A stretch of 55,701 bases of DNA from positions 372,001-427,701 of the forward strand of contig NW_026515694.1 in the NCBI RefSeq assembly GCF_025526975.1, read 5' to 3'. This stretch comes from Fimicolochytrium jonesii (lineage: Eukaryota). The translations under genes were made by a program, and so were the position numbers. Positions 25,994 through 39,482 of this stretch are shown piece after piece. How positions within the stretch are numbered: position 1 is the stretch's first letter; each line of letters opens with the position of its first letter. The notes under the pieces were generated by a model. The model did not search any database. It was given only the letters and a program-made list of their open reading frames with translations, and was not told the origin of the DNA.

Positions 25994-28180
25994 ATGCTCG
26001 CCGACAATAATATGCTTGGAGCGGAACCCTCCTACGGACACAGGCGACCGATGACAACAACACCAGAGGAACCTGCACAACCAACACCACCACCGGCGAG
26101 CAATCCAGCAAAGCCAGTTGCTGCTGCCGACGATACCCAGTGCAGTTCCCGCCCTGCCGCTGTCTCCATGTCCCGGAAAAACGCCAACTCTCGAGAGCGG
26201 TTACTGGATGAGCACAAACAAGGAACGGCTGCAATCGCTGCCGCGGCAGCTGAAAGTTCCCAGAGTCACACTGCGAATGGACTCCAAACACAAGGTCCTC
26301 AGACATCTTCGACTCACGAAAGGAATGGGGCACCCGAGGAGCGCAAACCGCCACCAGCGGCTGGGACGGGGAGGAATGTTCACGGTAGAGACGAGGCACC
26401 TCCACGTCCAACCAAACGACCACATGACTTGAAAACCTCACCAGCGCTGCTGCGAAAAGCCATCACGGCTATCAAGCCCCCGGGCTACCAGCCATCAGCA
26501 TCTTCCAAGGGGTACGGTCAGCGCTCCTCTCAAGTCGCTAAGAGTCCGGAGGAGCCAGCGAAGCAGTCACCATCAGCGAGCGCACCAAAACCTGCACAAA
26601 CCCCTCCTCCTTCCGTGACTCTCTCCGTGGCCCCTCCCGTCGAGGTCCCGTCGAGGCAGGACGATGTCGCCAGTGCGCGAAGGAACAGCATTTCCGACGC
26701 AAGTAGCGCAGTGTCCGATAGAAGCATTGATACATTCGACGATCGAGCGTCACCTGACGAATCATCGAAATTCCATCCGATCATCGACGGAAGGAGGCGA
26801 GACAGTATTGACTCGAACCGTGGTGATTCCTCAAAGCAACCTCATAGAAAGGGAGACACAGATACATCCAGGGACAAACGAGCGTCATTACCGCCGCGCG
26901 CTATGTTTACGCCTGCTCAGCCGAAATCTGTGACACCTGTCCCCAGCCTTGCTGGCAAGCCGATCAAGCGACCTCATCCCGCAAGTGCTGTACAGTCGCA
27001 ACCTTCAATACCATCAGCACCGCGAACCGGCATGAACCCTTCTGCCGGCAATTTCACGCCGAGGAACCATACTCATCGCCAGCACCCACAGTACGATAGT
27101 CACGAGCAGGAGTCGAACCATTGGTCATCGCGATCGAATGGCTTCGATGGCTCTAACAGAAGGAAGTCCCCTGCACGGCATACAAACGGCCCTTCAGGCT
27201 TCTCTGAGAATAACAGAGAAGCACAAGAACTGAAGGAAAAGGTCGCGTTGTTAGAACGGGAGAATGCTAGACTGGCAGATGTCGAAAAGGCTCTGGCAAA
27301 CGTTTTGGAAGAGAATAGACGGTTGGCGCAGACGGAGATCATGGTGGGTGTCATGATGAACGAATGCACCGATCTGCGGGAAACCATTTTGGATCTGGAA
27401 CAGGAGGTCATGTCACTACAGGAGGAAAACGATAAGCTCATGGAGCTCCAGAGCGAAGTCATCATCATAGCCGAAAGCGTACCGCCCAACGCTGACGTGG
27501 CTATGCAGCTCCGGGAGCTTGAGGCGCTCAGAGAACAAAATCGACGGCTAGTGGATTGGCAGAAGGAGATGATTTATGCTGCTGAATCCATGAATGCGGA
27601 GCGTGCGTCTTTCAACCAGCAGCTGGATCAGTTGAAGCTCGAAAATGGCGCTCTTGTCCAGCAGAATTACGTGCTGAGGTCTCAAGCGAAAAAGCTGGCG
27701 AGCCGACCGGTTGTCGAGGCGGAAAGCAGCAAAAACTTGGAAACCCGGTCGGTGACTGAGGTGGAACCCAGCAACAAAATGCTCACCCCACCGACCGTAG
27801 AAGTGGAGACGTGTAACAAACCACAAATCCGGCCGACTGCTGACACGGAACGCAGCAACGGTGCAAATGTGAGCGGGGCACCCGCCCAGCCACAGCAGGA
27901 CGATGTCCTGCAACGCGAGTCACCAATCCCCCTGCAAAGCGAGTCCTCGAGCGATATCACGGAGCCTCCACCATCCCACGATTCCCTGCCCGCCACACAA
28001 ACCGAGATCATCGTCGATGATCTCTCACATCCAGCGCAGGATACCCCGGCTATCATATCTCGTAAAGACGAGAATCTCGATCAGTTTGCGATGCGCGTCG
28101 TGGCCGAGAGCCTAGCAGACGCGATGGAGGTCCTCGAGACGGAACGACGCGCCAGGCGCGCCAGCATCGTTTGTGAGTGA
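25994..28180 (+). CDS. Hypothetical intronless protein: disordered N-terminus and central coiled coil
   Basis: 728-aa uninterrupted ORF with heptad-like region ELKEKVALLERENARL...QLDQLKLENGAL; no family recognised. Confidence 0.7.
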   Translation: MLADNNMLGAEPSYGHRRPMTTTPEEPAQPTPPPASNPAKPVAAADDTQCSSRPAAVSMSRKNANSRERLLDEHKQGTAAIAAAAAESSQSHTANGLQTQGPQTSSTHERNGAPEERKPPPAAGTGRNVHGRDEAPPRPTKRPHDLKTSPALLRKAITAIKPPGYQPSASSKGYGQRSSQVAKSPEEPAKQSPSASAPKPAQTPPPSVTLSVAPPVEVPSRQDDVASARRNSISDASSAVSDRSIDTFDDRASPDESSKFHPIIDGRRRDSIDSNRGDSSKQPHRKGDTDTSRDKRASLPPRAMFTPAQPKSVTPVPSLAGKPIKRPHPASAVQSQPSIPSAPRTGMNPSAGNFTPRNHTHRQHPQYDSHEQESNHWSSRSNGFDGSNRRKSPARHTNGPSGFSENNREAQELKEKVALLERENARLADVEKALANVLEENRRLAQTEIMVGVMMNECTDLRETILDLEQEVMSLQEENDKLMELQSEVIIIAESVPPNADVAMQLRELEALREQNRRLVDWQKEMIYAAESMNAERASFNQQLDQLKLENGALVQQNYVLRSQAKKLASRPVVEAESSKNLETRSVTEVEPSNKMLTPPTVEVETCNKPQIRPTADTERSNGANVSGAPAQPQQDDVLQRESPIPLQSESSSDITEPPPSHDSLPATQTEIIVDDLSHPAQDTPAIISRKDENLDQFAMRVVAESLADAMEVLETERRARRASIVCE

Positions 28181-28495
28181 GGATTTGAGATAAAAGCACT
28201 CGCAACCCCCGTCTGTCATTTTAGCCGTTTTCACGCCAGAAAGCGAACCACAAGAAGGAAAAACTGAGCGGCTGCCATTGAAGTCGTGCTCCCTTATTCT
28301 ATCCCGAATACTGTGTTATATATGGTTTCCCGTTTTTGTCGAAATATATCATTTTTAGGGTCCGATAAAATTGACACAATTGTTCGCGAGCAGAAGGGAA
28401 TGGGATCTTGAATATCTTCACACGTTTTACTCTGGATAAAAAAATTTACAGCAATAGGGCGAGGACCTTCACAGAGCGGGACATGCGTAGGATCG

Positions 28496-28968
28496 TTAAG
28501 AGGACACGTTCGCGCGGTCAATTGCGCCTTCAACACTTTTCTAGAAAGTGAAGAGAATCGGATCAGAAAGTTTAGTTCGGATGTCAGAGATTTCAGCGTT
28601 ACGAAGCCACACACCAACTCGGTACCGAAATCTCACCTGATCCGCGAACGTAACACCTTTGTCCACCGATCCGCGAGCGGCCTTCTTCCTGCCCTGCTCG
28701 CGCTGCCCATCTTTCGCCTCGTTACGCGCCGGTTGACTTTGGGGAGCGGCGGCGGTGTCGTTGGCGCCGTCACCGTAATCGATCAACATCCCAGCGCCAG
28801 CGCCGCTGAGATCGGTGAGGGACGTCGAGAAGGATCGGGTATACGCCGCAAAGGCGATGGGGTGGCCGTACTTTTGGGGGTTTCACTGTTGGTTTAGCAG
28901 TTGCTAGCGCAGTCCTGGCAGTTCTACAAGTCCTGGGCACGTACCTCGTCTCGCTCGCCAGGGTTCAT
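28496..28968 (-). CDS. Possible small 3-exon hypothetical gene (about 100 aa)
   Basis: ATG at 28968 (MNPGERDE), GTACGT donor, in-frame exon YGHPIAF...GVTFADQ, GTGAGA donor, last exon KSVEGAIDRANVSS; no homology recognised. Confidence 0.4.
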
Positions 28969-29392
28969 GATGAGATGAGTTGTATGAAGCTTTCCTGGTT
29001 AATATGATGATATGGAGCTGTACCGTCAAGATTCCAAATGGTGAGAAAATCTGGACGGTCAAGAAAAACCCTGTGGTTCTACATACGTATAAGGAGGTTA
29101 CCTCGGGGCTTCCGCCTGTCATCCACCGACGCGTAAATAAACGCTGTCGTTTCCGAGCCAGGAAACCGGGAAAGATTAAGGGCTCACCGAGTACCAGGTG
29201 AGCGGTGTGTGTGTCATTTGGCGGAGTTTCCCCTTTCCTTGCAATCGAACATTCGCCGTCGGACATCGCAGAGACCAGAAGTCGTTTGCGCTGGAATTAA
29301 AGACCGCTTGCTCTCATTCAAGATTTGAGCACCAGACAGGCCCGTTTGAAGCAGCAACTCCCATAGTGGTTCGCCTTCTAAACGGAGTGACA

Positions 29393-32300
29393 ATGTCGCC
29401 AATCACCAAGGTCTACTTGAATGTCCGCAAAACCGGTGAAGGAGCATCACCGCTCAAATGTGGCCTTGATGCGGAGGCCCAAAGCATCCACGTGGTCCTC
29501 CCAGGATTGATGGCCTCTCAAAAATCATATCATTTCGACGGAATGTTTGATCCTCAGCAGCCACCAAAAGAAGCAGCCAGAGTTGTTGTTAAAGATCTTC
29601 TCGCGAAATGCCTCAAGGGGTATAACACTACGCTGTACCATTTTGGACGACAGGTGGATCGAGATGTTTTGACTTCCAGCACAGGTAGTTCATTCGTTAC
29701 AGCACCTTTGGGTTTTTAAGAGATATTAACCCAAACGCTCACACTAGGCATAGTCCAGCTTTTCATCAAACACGTTGTCCAGTATTTGGAGGCCACATCG
29801 GATCCTTATGAGCCGTCTACTTGTCACGTCCAATAAGTATTGTCCTCACATGACGCTTCCGCTCAAAGTCGTTTGTTTTAAACCTAACACATCTACAATA
29901 TCTTACGCTAGTAGAGGTGGTTGGGGAGCTTATACGAGACCTATTGAAGAACGGACACGACAGTGTGGCTGTCAAGCACGATGACCACGGATGGCTAGAG
30001 CCAGAAGATGGGACATATTTGGATGTCCGAGAAGAGTGGAGCTGCTTGGAAAGGATCTTGAAGGTGCAACAGGACAAAAATCGAGATCGGGCGAGTTAAG
30101 AATCAGGACTGAAGGCAATCATCGCAGGCGACGTCGGCAGTAGCCATATTGAATCAATCGGCCAGCGACGCCCCAGAACGACTCTCAGTTCTTGTATACA
30201 CGTTCAAGTTCCGGTTGTCTCCATCTAGACGGCAAACGAGCGGCTCAGATGTACGTATTCTCCCGTACGTGTCTTTTCATTACAAAGCCAGACTCATCCC
30301 ATCTCTCTAGTCGTCAGCCGAAACTCTGTACGCTAAATGTAGGATCGTAGACGTTCTATGTGAACCGGAACTCTTCGCGGATAATCCGGATCAGCTCGCG
30401 CTGCAATACGGTAGGAGTGACGATCAGGAAAATGCTAAAGCTAGCCCGAATCCTGATATCCCTGTAGGCGCATATCAATCAGGACCACTCTCTTTACTAT
30501 GGAACGCCATAAAAGCCTGCTCCATGAATGAAGTAACATCGCAAGATGGTCAATTTGCGCGAGTTGCTCCTTCTAATCATCGCGATTTTTCAGCGAGAGC
30601 ATCTCGATTTCGGGACCTGCGTTGCGACACAGTTTTTGAAAGACGATCTTGGAGGCAATGCCTACCCGGCGTTTATGTTCTCTGCCGATCTGTCGCAACC
30701 AGCAAAGTCTCTGATGCGGGTTCTGGAAACGAGCAAGCTTGTCAGAAAGTTCAGGGCATGCCCGGTGCAAAATACTGAACACTTTCTGGAACTTCAGCGC
30801 CGAGCAAACGTATGGGATGGTAGACCATCAATGTACTGTCGGTGTGCTGTATTGATCTCTCTCCTTCTGGACGAACCTGTGGCACAGGCATTGAGAAACA
30901 AGAGCAAGGGAGCCGACGAAGACGCCCATTCATCTGGAAACGGTAGAATGCCGTGTATGCCTGAAAAGCTATTGAAGCGTTGCTGAACTTACGGCAGCAG
31001 ATTTGCTCAACATTTCGAAACTGAAATCCATGCTCGAGTACCTGCATCGCAGGTGAGAGAGGCTCCGGGTGGCCGTCTACCCCGGACCACTAACGTGATA
31101 TGGACCATGTCTTGCAGGACCACTACATTAGAAACGATTAAAGCGGAGCTTCAAAGCAAGCTCAGGCAATCCGAAGAGGAAAGACTTACATTGAGAAAGG
31201 AGATCTTGGATGTCAAAATTGAGGCATCCGAGGCTTTCAGGGCCGTGGGCGAGGTTAGCCTTCGCGAATGCCCTTCAAATCGTAATTGCCCGGCTAACCT
31301 TTGGGCGTTAAAGCAAAAAGAATCTGAGGAAAGCAGAAGCGACAATCTACGAGAAGCTTCGGATGCTTTGAGGCAGGTGCGACAAGGCCGCCCGCGGCGA
31401 CGGGCAGCAATAGTTTGCTCATGATACCACGCACAAAGGCTCGGGCGGAAAAGGCAGAGGTTCAGAGTGACTTACGTGAAGCGCTAGCGGCGTTGAGGCA
31501 GGTGGGAAATCGAAGTTTCCAGCAGAACATGATCAGTGGTACAATCCGCTAAATGCTTTTACCTCAGCAACAAGAAGAGTGTCAAGAGCTGGAGCGCGAC
31601 TTGCGAGCAGATCGAAATGCCAGCAGGAAGGTTCGTTGAAACTTCTCAAGGACCACTCAGTGTCTTGTTCTCAAATCGGCGTTCTTCTTCATAGTTGCAG
31701 CAGGACAAAGACGAAATAGAGCGCGAGCTGCGGCATACACAGGAGAGAATGACTGCGTTGGTAGACAACGAGCATGAACTGGATAGAACACTGCAGAAGC
31801 TGCAAAATAGAGCTGCTCAGGTGAATTTGACATTTCAACCGAGGGCGGTTTTCGGAATGGCCAACAACAAACTTACGATGCAAATACGCAGGCGGACGAT
31901 AATGAGAAGGCTCTCAACGAGCGGAATGAGGAGGTTCAACAGCTTAAGGCCCGAGAGGTGGGACATTGGGATTGCCGTTCAAAACGGCATGTATTGATAC
32001 AGATGGGCCATTGCAGACGATCCTCTCCGCGAAAGTCAAGGACCTCACGGTGGACTTGCAACAGGCACACTCCCAGTAAGGTTGCTTCTCTCATCAGGTT
32101 TCGAAGTCACATCTCAGTTGAGCGTCCGCAGGAATGATCTGCTGCAGCGAATGCTGGACGACAAACTTGAGATTGAATCCAGAGCCGCAGTCGCAACAGG
32201 GGACCGCACGGTAGCGGATTTAACTCAGGTATATGCTCGGAACAACATTGTTTTAGGGTTCTCTTCAATACTGACGTATATCGACTCCATCAAACTGGCC

Positions 32301-32429
32301 AATTAGCAACTGAAAAGCCTAGAGACGGAGCGTTTACGGCTTCTGACGCGATGCGTGATTGCAGAAGAGCAGCTAACAGCGATGACACAGTTCGTCGCAG
32401 CGCGCAAAAGCGACGAGCTTGCGCAATGA
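29393..32429 (+). CDS. CCDC78/DUF4472-like coiled-coil protein with an N-terminal degenerate kinesin motor domain; many exons
   Basis: Kinesin-like KVYLNVR...KSYHFDGMFDP...LLAKCLKGYNTTLYHFG and TQFLKDDLGGNA; DUF4472-like QSEEERLTLRKEILDVKIE; CCDC78-like C-terminus LETERLRLLTRCVIAEEQL. Confidence 0.7.
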
Positions 32430-32547
32430 TCTACCCGCTCAGTCTGTAATCTTCGAAATATGTATATCTACAAAAGGGAGTTTATATATCCCTGTTCCTG
32501 CTCACGGGGTCATCCAAGAGGTTCAGCCTTCCTCACTACGAAAATTA

Positions 32548-35500
32548 TCACGATTTTTGCTGACTCCGATCCGGGTTGAGTACATCCTCGCTCTTTGCCC
32601 GATCATCCTCGTGCTTCCACCATCCCAGCATAGCCTGCAAGCCGCCCTCACTCATCTTTCTTCGCACGCTCCCTCCCAACTCCAGCAAGCTCTGACGCCG
32701 GCCAACGGATGCTTTGCCCTGAAACTGATCGTATTCTTGACCCGGCGCATCGGTGGACGGCGAGAGTAGGTCAACGCTATGTCGTGCGTATAGAGGTGAA
32801 GTTGTGCTCGCGTACGATCTCCTTGATTCGCGCATCGCCGCGGTCGATTTTCGTGGACTTAGGAGCTCGTCAGCTGACGCGAGTTTCGCGAGCGCACCAA
32901 AAGCCGGTGCAGAGGCCGCTATGGCGACGTTCTCGAAAGGAGGTGATGGGGCGTCGGATTCCGTGTCGAGGTATCCCGCACGAGGCATCGGCGTGCACGC
33001 GAGATTCAGCGGTAGTTCTGCTGGGAAGTTGGGTTTTCTCGTAGGCAATGGTTTTCCGTTCAAGAAATCTACGAGGACATCTTCGCTGATCGTTCTCGAC
33101 ATCCGCCGTCGCATAGTTCCTGGTGCGCCTTTCGCTTCAGACGACTCTGGTGGTTCCAGAGCTTTGCTCAGTTGCAGCAGTTGATCCTCTTTCATACAGG
33201 GCGGATGACTGCAGTAAGTGAACAGCGTGACCGTGTCTCCTGGTCCTCGCACAATCACTTCATCGTCCGGTATAAAAGGGAACGACGCTCTTTGCCACTC
33301 TTTCAGACGCGAGAGCATAGCACATACTTCCCGCATTTTCTCGAAGTTGATGAGTCCATTCGGAAGTACTTTCTGGTTCCCGTCATTCAAGAAAGTGAGA
33401 TCTTTGATGATCAGGCCGAAGAAAGGCAGCATTGGTGCTTTAGCCTGGTGCTCCAGCTCGCGATAAACCTTATAGTTGGATTTATATGAGAGTTTGGCCT
33501 CAAGGTCTTCGTAAGCAGTCGTTGCGCGCGAGGGTAGGGCAGCGAATGTCTTCTTCAATCGCGAGACCGGGGTGGTGTTCAGTCCAGACAGAATCGCCAT
33601 GGCCGTGTTGAAGTTGCACATTTCCAGGCACTTGTGCGCCACTTTGATGAACAACTCGAGGGCCTCCGTCCGTTTCTGTCGATCCACGAATGAACATACA
33701 ACCGTGGCCACCCAATATCCGATCCGATTAAATCGGCTAATGTACTGCTGTAATCGACGAGTGAGTGTCGATTTTAGTGGTGAATTGTCCCACAGGAAGA
33801 GCGTGAACTCCTCCGGGGCGATCGATCTGAACATCCGGGAATCGACCAGCGTGAGCTGCTGAGCAATCTTCCGCGTCGATTGTGAAAGAATGTCGAACTC
33901 TCGCAGTAGTGGTATCAGCTCGTGCGTTGGATTGGTATCTGGGGGTAGGTCCGTCGCTTTGCATGAATCCTCATGGTCATTAAGTGCATGCTGCACCAGT
34001 GACCTAATCTGCTTCGAGTACGAGGAATATTTGCTCGTTTGGACACCTTCTAGAAATTGGTGAAGGGCGGACATATTCAACGGATCGAGGAAGTCGTATG
34101 CATGCTCGCCTGCCTTTGTAATTTTGTGAGCAACAGAAGCCTAGTATCATTCGTTGCTATATGCGTGACACTGACCCATTTTTTCACCAGAGCGACGATG
34201 GTTAGCTGCTCTTCGGCGCCTCTCTTCTTCGAGTCCACGGTTCGCTCTGCACCAAATTTCCGGAAATCCCTCGTCAACTTTGTTAACAGCTGCGCCGGGG
34301 TGAGGAAATGTCTAAACGTTAAGAGGAATCCGTCGACGTAAAGCTGATCTAGAAAGCAGCATCGCCTCGTCAATGCATGCTTCCATATCAATGATTTGCT
34401 GTTCCTGCTCTTCTCTACCTGGCTCGTCCAGCAAAGCTTCTACCAGCGCGTCCACCGTGCCTGCTGTGATTTGCGATTTGCCCCCTACGGTATTTTTTAT
34501 AAGAATCTCCTGACCTTCTGCGTCATATATCTTGGTAACTTTCTTGGTATCATCTACTTTCAGCGAGTCCATAAGTAATGCTATCAGTCCATAGCGCCGG
34601 AGATTCACTTCCTCACCGTTCAGCAGTTCTGCACTCCCTAGTGACAAGCTCTCCTTCAAAGGGCTAATCTTGTTCTTATGCTTTTTGCTCTTGACGGAAA
34701 CTTTCGACGCTATTTTTCTGCGAGGATGAGTACATTCTCAGTTCTTTGAATGCTTCCGATGGATGGCCCATAAAGCACGCACTTTATGCCTGATAAGCTC
34801 CCAAATGTATCTTTTTCCAAGCCCGCGGCTCCGTCAAGGTCTGGGCTGACAACCTGCCAAGAGTCGGGCGATGTGCTTGACGGACTCTCCCCAGCACCTT
34901 CCGTCGCCGCCCGCGGGCGTGCTTTCGAGGAGTCTTTATTCCCAAACAGTCCAATGACGGTGAGTCGACTTTTCTTTTCGGAATCAAACAAAACAGGCTC
35001 TGATGCATTCCGCGCATGGGGAGCAGGTGGAGATGTGGCTTCCGACGAAAGCTCGGGTCGACTTTGCGATGTTGTGAAAGGCTTCTGTGGCGAGTTTACC
35101 CCGCCCTTGCCTTCTGAATCTTCGGCGTTCATCGAAGAATCGGATTTAAAGCGACTTTTGGACAACGAATGGTAATCATAGCGGGCTTGATTCTTCCACC
35201 GTCGAGTAAGCGTCGATCCACCAGCATCCTCCATTGTAGCTGCAGCTTTCGGGGAATCTGCTCCTGCCAATTTCTTCTTCGCTTTGTCATAGCGACTTTC
35301 GATGAAGTACTTTGCCAAAGTTGCTTTTTGCCCCACCTCGGAGGAGGCAATATCTTCATCAGCGCCACCGTCATATTTCAGGCTAATCAGCTCTCCCATG
35401 CTTTTGCTCTGGTGCCCAAATGGCTGCACCATTCGTGTTGACTGTTCAGAGCTGTTGCTCGTTGTTGAGACTCGGGTGGAGCCGCCCTTTGAATCTTTCG

Positions 35501-36240
35501 CGGTTCGCGAATTGCGCACGCGGGAAACTCGAGCATGGGCCGGGCCTTCATTCTCTTCTAACAGAGACGACAGAGACCCGCCTCGAGGAGTCGCTGTTTC
35601 TGACTTTCCTATGCCTATCGATTTCGTTTTGATTTTGATAACGATCGCAATAGCGCGGCCGAGGGCCTCGAAGATCTCGAAGTACTAAGGAAGCGCACAT
35701 TTGAGTAAATCGTGATGGGTCGGATTGACAGCAACCACCACGCACCTTCTCCGAAGTGAATCTCAGCTGCCGTAGAGCCCCAGTGGATTCCAGATGCGAG
35801 AACGTGAACCTCTTCGCCCCAAGATTCTGCGAATAGTTTATGACTTCTTCGATTGGCACATCTTTGATGACAGACTCTTTATTCTCATTTTCGCATATGT
35901 GTATCCCCAGAAGGTCGATGCGCACAAAGACCTCCTCGAGTTCATGACAATACTGCAAGGTTGTTGAAGAAGGTTTGGCGAAGTAGCCGACGCCTTTTTG
36001 TAGTTCCAGGAACTCCGTCAATACATCGGCTTGTTGAGGCTGACTGGAAAACATTAACGATTTTCGGGGGGGCTGATAGATGAAGCAAGGTCAGCAAGAG
36101 TGACTGCTTCTGGAGGGTAGTTTATAAGTACTCTAGACGCTCACAGCATCATTTGTCCCTGTCGCCTGCTTGACGTTAGGTTCTGATTGCTTGGCGATCA
36201 GAGTGCTCTTGACTAAAAGCTGGGGAGTTTCCCGCACCAT
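32548..36240 (-). CDS. Ras guanine nucleotide exchange factor (REM + CDC25 domains) with a probable N-terminal FERM-C/PH-like module; multi-exon
   Basis: QITAGTVDALVEALL and FLLTFRHFLTPAQLL (REM); IAQQLTLVD, CNFNTAMAILSGL, NYKVYR and PFFGLIIKDLTFLNDGN...GLINFEK (CDC25). Confidence 0.9.
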
Positions 36241-36663
36241 GTTTGCACCGTCTCGCCAGTGTGCATGCAAGGAAATGGAATGCAGGAAAGGGAGACCACG
36301 ACCAGTGTGGTTGCAAGAGACAGGCACCAAGTAGTATGATAGTATGGGCCCAAATGACACCGGGGGCTGGTGAAATCCCGATTCCGACAGCGTGGATCTG
36401 TTACTTAACACGCCACGTCATCGGGCATGACACTTACACGTTCAGGCTTTTGGCGGCGTCTCCGTCCAATTCTGAGAGCAAGTCTATCAAAGTGCAGCGG
36501 AAGCACATCAACCATCTTGCCCAGGCATCCCCCTGTTTACTGTATAGGGACCCCAGTATCGGACCAAGGCATACTCTTCGAGGCCTGCCTTCAGCTCTAC
36601 AGACGCGGGACCTGGGCGCAGAAAGCAAAGCGCGAGGCTTTGGTCCAGAGATCGCTCGCCATA

Positions 36664-39180
36664 ATGGCGACTCCAATACCAACCCCGACGCCGACGTTAG
36701 AGCCATGCCCTGGTGACAGTCCGACCGGCGATGCCACTATCAACGCAACGGATGCACTGGTAAGTTCCTTCGAGTAAGCCGCGAATTTATGAAGGCTCTC
36801 TGACCAAACCTCCTTTTATCCTTGAAGTTGATATGCGTGTCGATGCTCTTTGTCATTCTCTTGACAAGTTACTATCTCCAGTCCAAGAAGATTCGGTACT
36901 TGCACGAGACTGTCGTTTCTATATTTCTTGGACTGATTATCGGCATGGTGGTACATTTTAACCCGAGTAAGTGGAAGTCACGGAAGTTGCGTCCTGGAAG
37001 ACCGCCTTGTTGACATCCGTTCTTAGAGGGAACCCTAAATGATCTTGTCACCTTCGACCATACCTACTTCTTCAATCTATTACTCCCTCCCATCATTCTG
37101 AATTCGGGCTACGATATGAAGAGGGTATGCTGACTTGACATCCGCCATCCGTTCGCATTTGGCTCAACTTCTCTCGCCCCTGTGTGCATCAGAAACACTT
37201 CTTTCGAAATATTGGCTCCATTTTGACGTTTGCTCTCATTGGTACAGTCATTTCGACCATAGTCATCGGGTAAGAGACCTCCCACTCCATTAAACCTCAA
37301 AACTGTCACAGTCCTTACGTCCATTGTCGCAGGGTCCTCGTAAAATTAGCGGTCAACTTTCTAGAGATCACCCATATCCATACGGCGTTGAACCTCACAA
37401 TGCTTGATTGCATTGTGTTTGGTGCAATCCTGTCCTCAACAGACCCTGTCACCATCTTGTCGATCTTCCACCAAGCTAAGGTTGACCCAAAACTGTGAGT
37501 TGTATTCCTGAGGTTATTGTCGACTCACCAAAGTGGAACCACTCATTTCGACGCCTTGCCCATCAAGTTACGCGATTATTTTCGGCGAGAGTATCTTGAA
37601 TGATTCCGTCGCGATCGTGCTCTTCAAGTAGGTTGCCCGTGTTCCCAGCATGCAACGATTTCCACTGCTAACGTTGCGTTTGCTTCACAGGGTCCTTGGC
37701 AAATACCGAGCCAGTCCTGAGAGCTTCAACATTATAGGGGGCATCATGTCTTTCCTTGCGATTTTCACCGGATCCGTGATGGTTGGAGTCATCGTCGCAT
37801 TGATTGGCGCACTGATGCTCAAGCACTCTCGCCTGCACGAATACCCGTCGCTTGAATCCTCGATCATTATCCTTCTTGCATATTCCTCATACCTCCTCTC
37901 GAACGCCGTGCAACTGTCAGGAATCGTGTCCCTTCTATTCTGTGGCATCTGCTTGAGGCATTACGGATACAACAACATGAGCATACGCACGCGGAGAACG
38001 ACAAAGTATATGTTCCGAGTGCTATCTCAGCTCTGTGAGAACTTTGTCTTCATCTACCTGGGAGTTACTGTCTTCACAAGTCTGAAGTCAAGTCTGAAGG
38101 ACGAGGGCTACAGGCCAGGGCTCATCTTCTTTACTCTGGTAAGTCAAAATTTGATTTCTTCCGCTTTCTGAATGGCGTTAATCGACTCCTCTGCAGTTCA
38201 TCTGTCTATTCGCACGGTACGTTTCGGTCATCCCTCTTGCGAAAATGATCAATGCCATCAGCGCCAGACTATCGGGAACACCAGGACGTGAAGAGATTCC
38301 GCGAAATCACCAACTCATGCTGTGGTGGGCTGGACTACGGGGTGCCATCGCTTTCGCCTTGTCCTTCGAAGTGAAGGCGGAGGGATCAGAGAATACGGAT
38401 AAGATCATTCAAACCACAACGTTGATCATATGCATCGTGACCGTCATTCTTCTGGGAGGCACGACCAACATGGCATTGGAAAAGTTGGAGATCAGAGTGG
38501 GAGTAGGGAAGAGTGAGGGGAACGACGGGAACGACTTCGACGATGACGAAGAAGATCCCGACACGGACTCGAGTGAGGGGGAGTCGGAGGATTGGGATGA
38601 CGACCTGCCAGGTTCTCGCAGCAGTCTCTACGACGGCACCGCGGAGGACCAAAGGTCGTCAGCAGAGTCCCTATTGGAGCGGAATCGCAGTATCCGCGTC
38701 GAAGTAGACGATGAGAGCAGGCCATCGAGAAGCGCATGGGATGAGGATCTTGGACATTGGTTCATCTCCTTTGACAACAAATGGCTAAAACCTTTGTTCA
38801 CCCGCACACGATGGAAGTGGGGTCGAAGCCGGGTTAGGCGGCCACAGAGTCCCGCACGAGGGGCGTGGAACGGCGACAGTGTGGGCAGGACTATGGGGAA
38901 TAACAACATTCGAGGGAGAAGTACGAGGACGTTCGGTAACACCGCGGCTGGGTTCGGGAGGCAGGCACCAGCTGCCTCTTCCTCCGCGAATCGATCGCCC
39001 GACAACGAGAGCTTTCGCGATGTGAATGGGAATGTGTGGACCGCTGGCAACTGGGTCCCAAACAACGCGAGAGCTAGTCAGTATGCCAATAATGTGGAGC
39101 TCGAGGAGCCTGCAGACTATAACAGGGCTCTGAGGGCATCGCGATCGAATAGCAAACTCAACAGCTTTACAATGGAGTAA
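36664..39180 (+). CDS. NHX1: Endosomal Na+(K+)/H+ exchanger (Nhx1/NHE6-9 type); multi-exon
   Basis: [76 protein letters not shown] and [13 protein letters not shown]. Confidence 0.93.
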
Positions 39181-39482
39181 CCACTTCCCAACCCCACGCC
39201 GCTTTCATCCACATTTCCCTGGCACGGAGTGGCCGACGATTTGTATGTAGATCCTCTTTACCTTTATAATAGTGCTGGCCGGATTCGTACCGAATCGCTG
39301 GCTTTTGTATGTAAACATCCGTAAATTTACTCGCGCTCGCATTGATTTGATTTCGATGCTGGACGATCAGCATTTTACTATTGTTGAAAGTGACATGGGC
39401 CAGCCCACTATGACAGACATCTATGCCGCTCCAAGGATGTCAGATGTCAGGTGTTGAACAACCGATTCCTGCTCATATGCAC

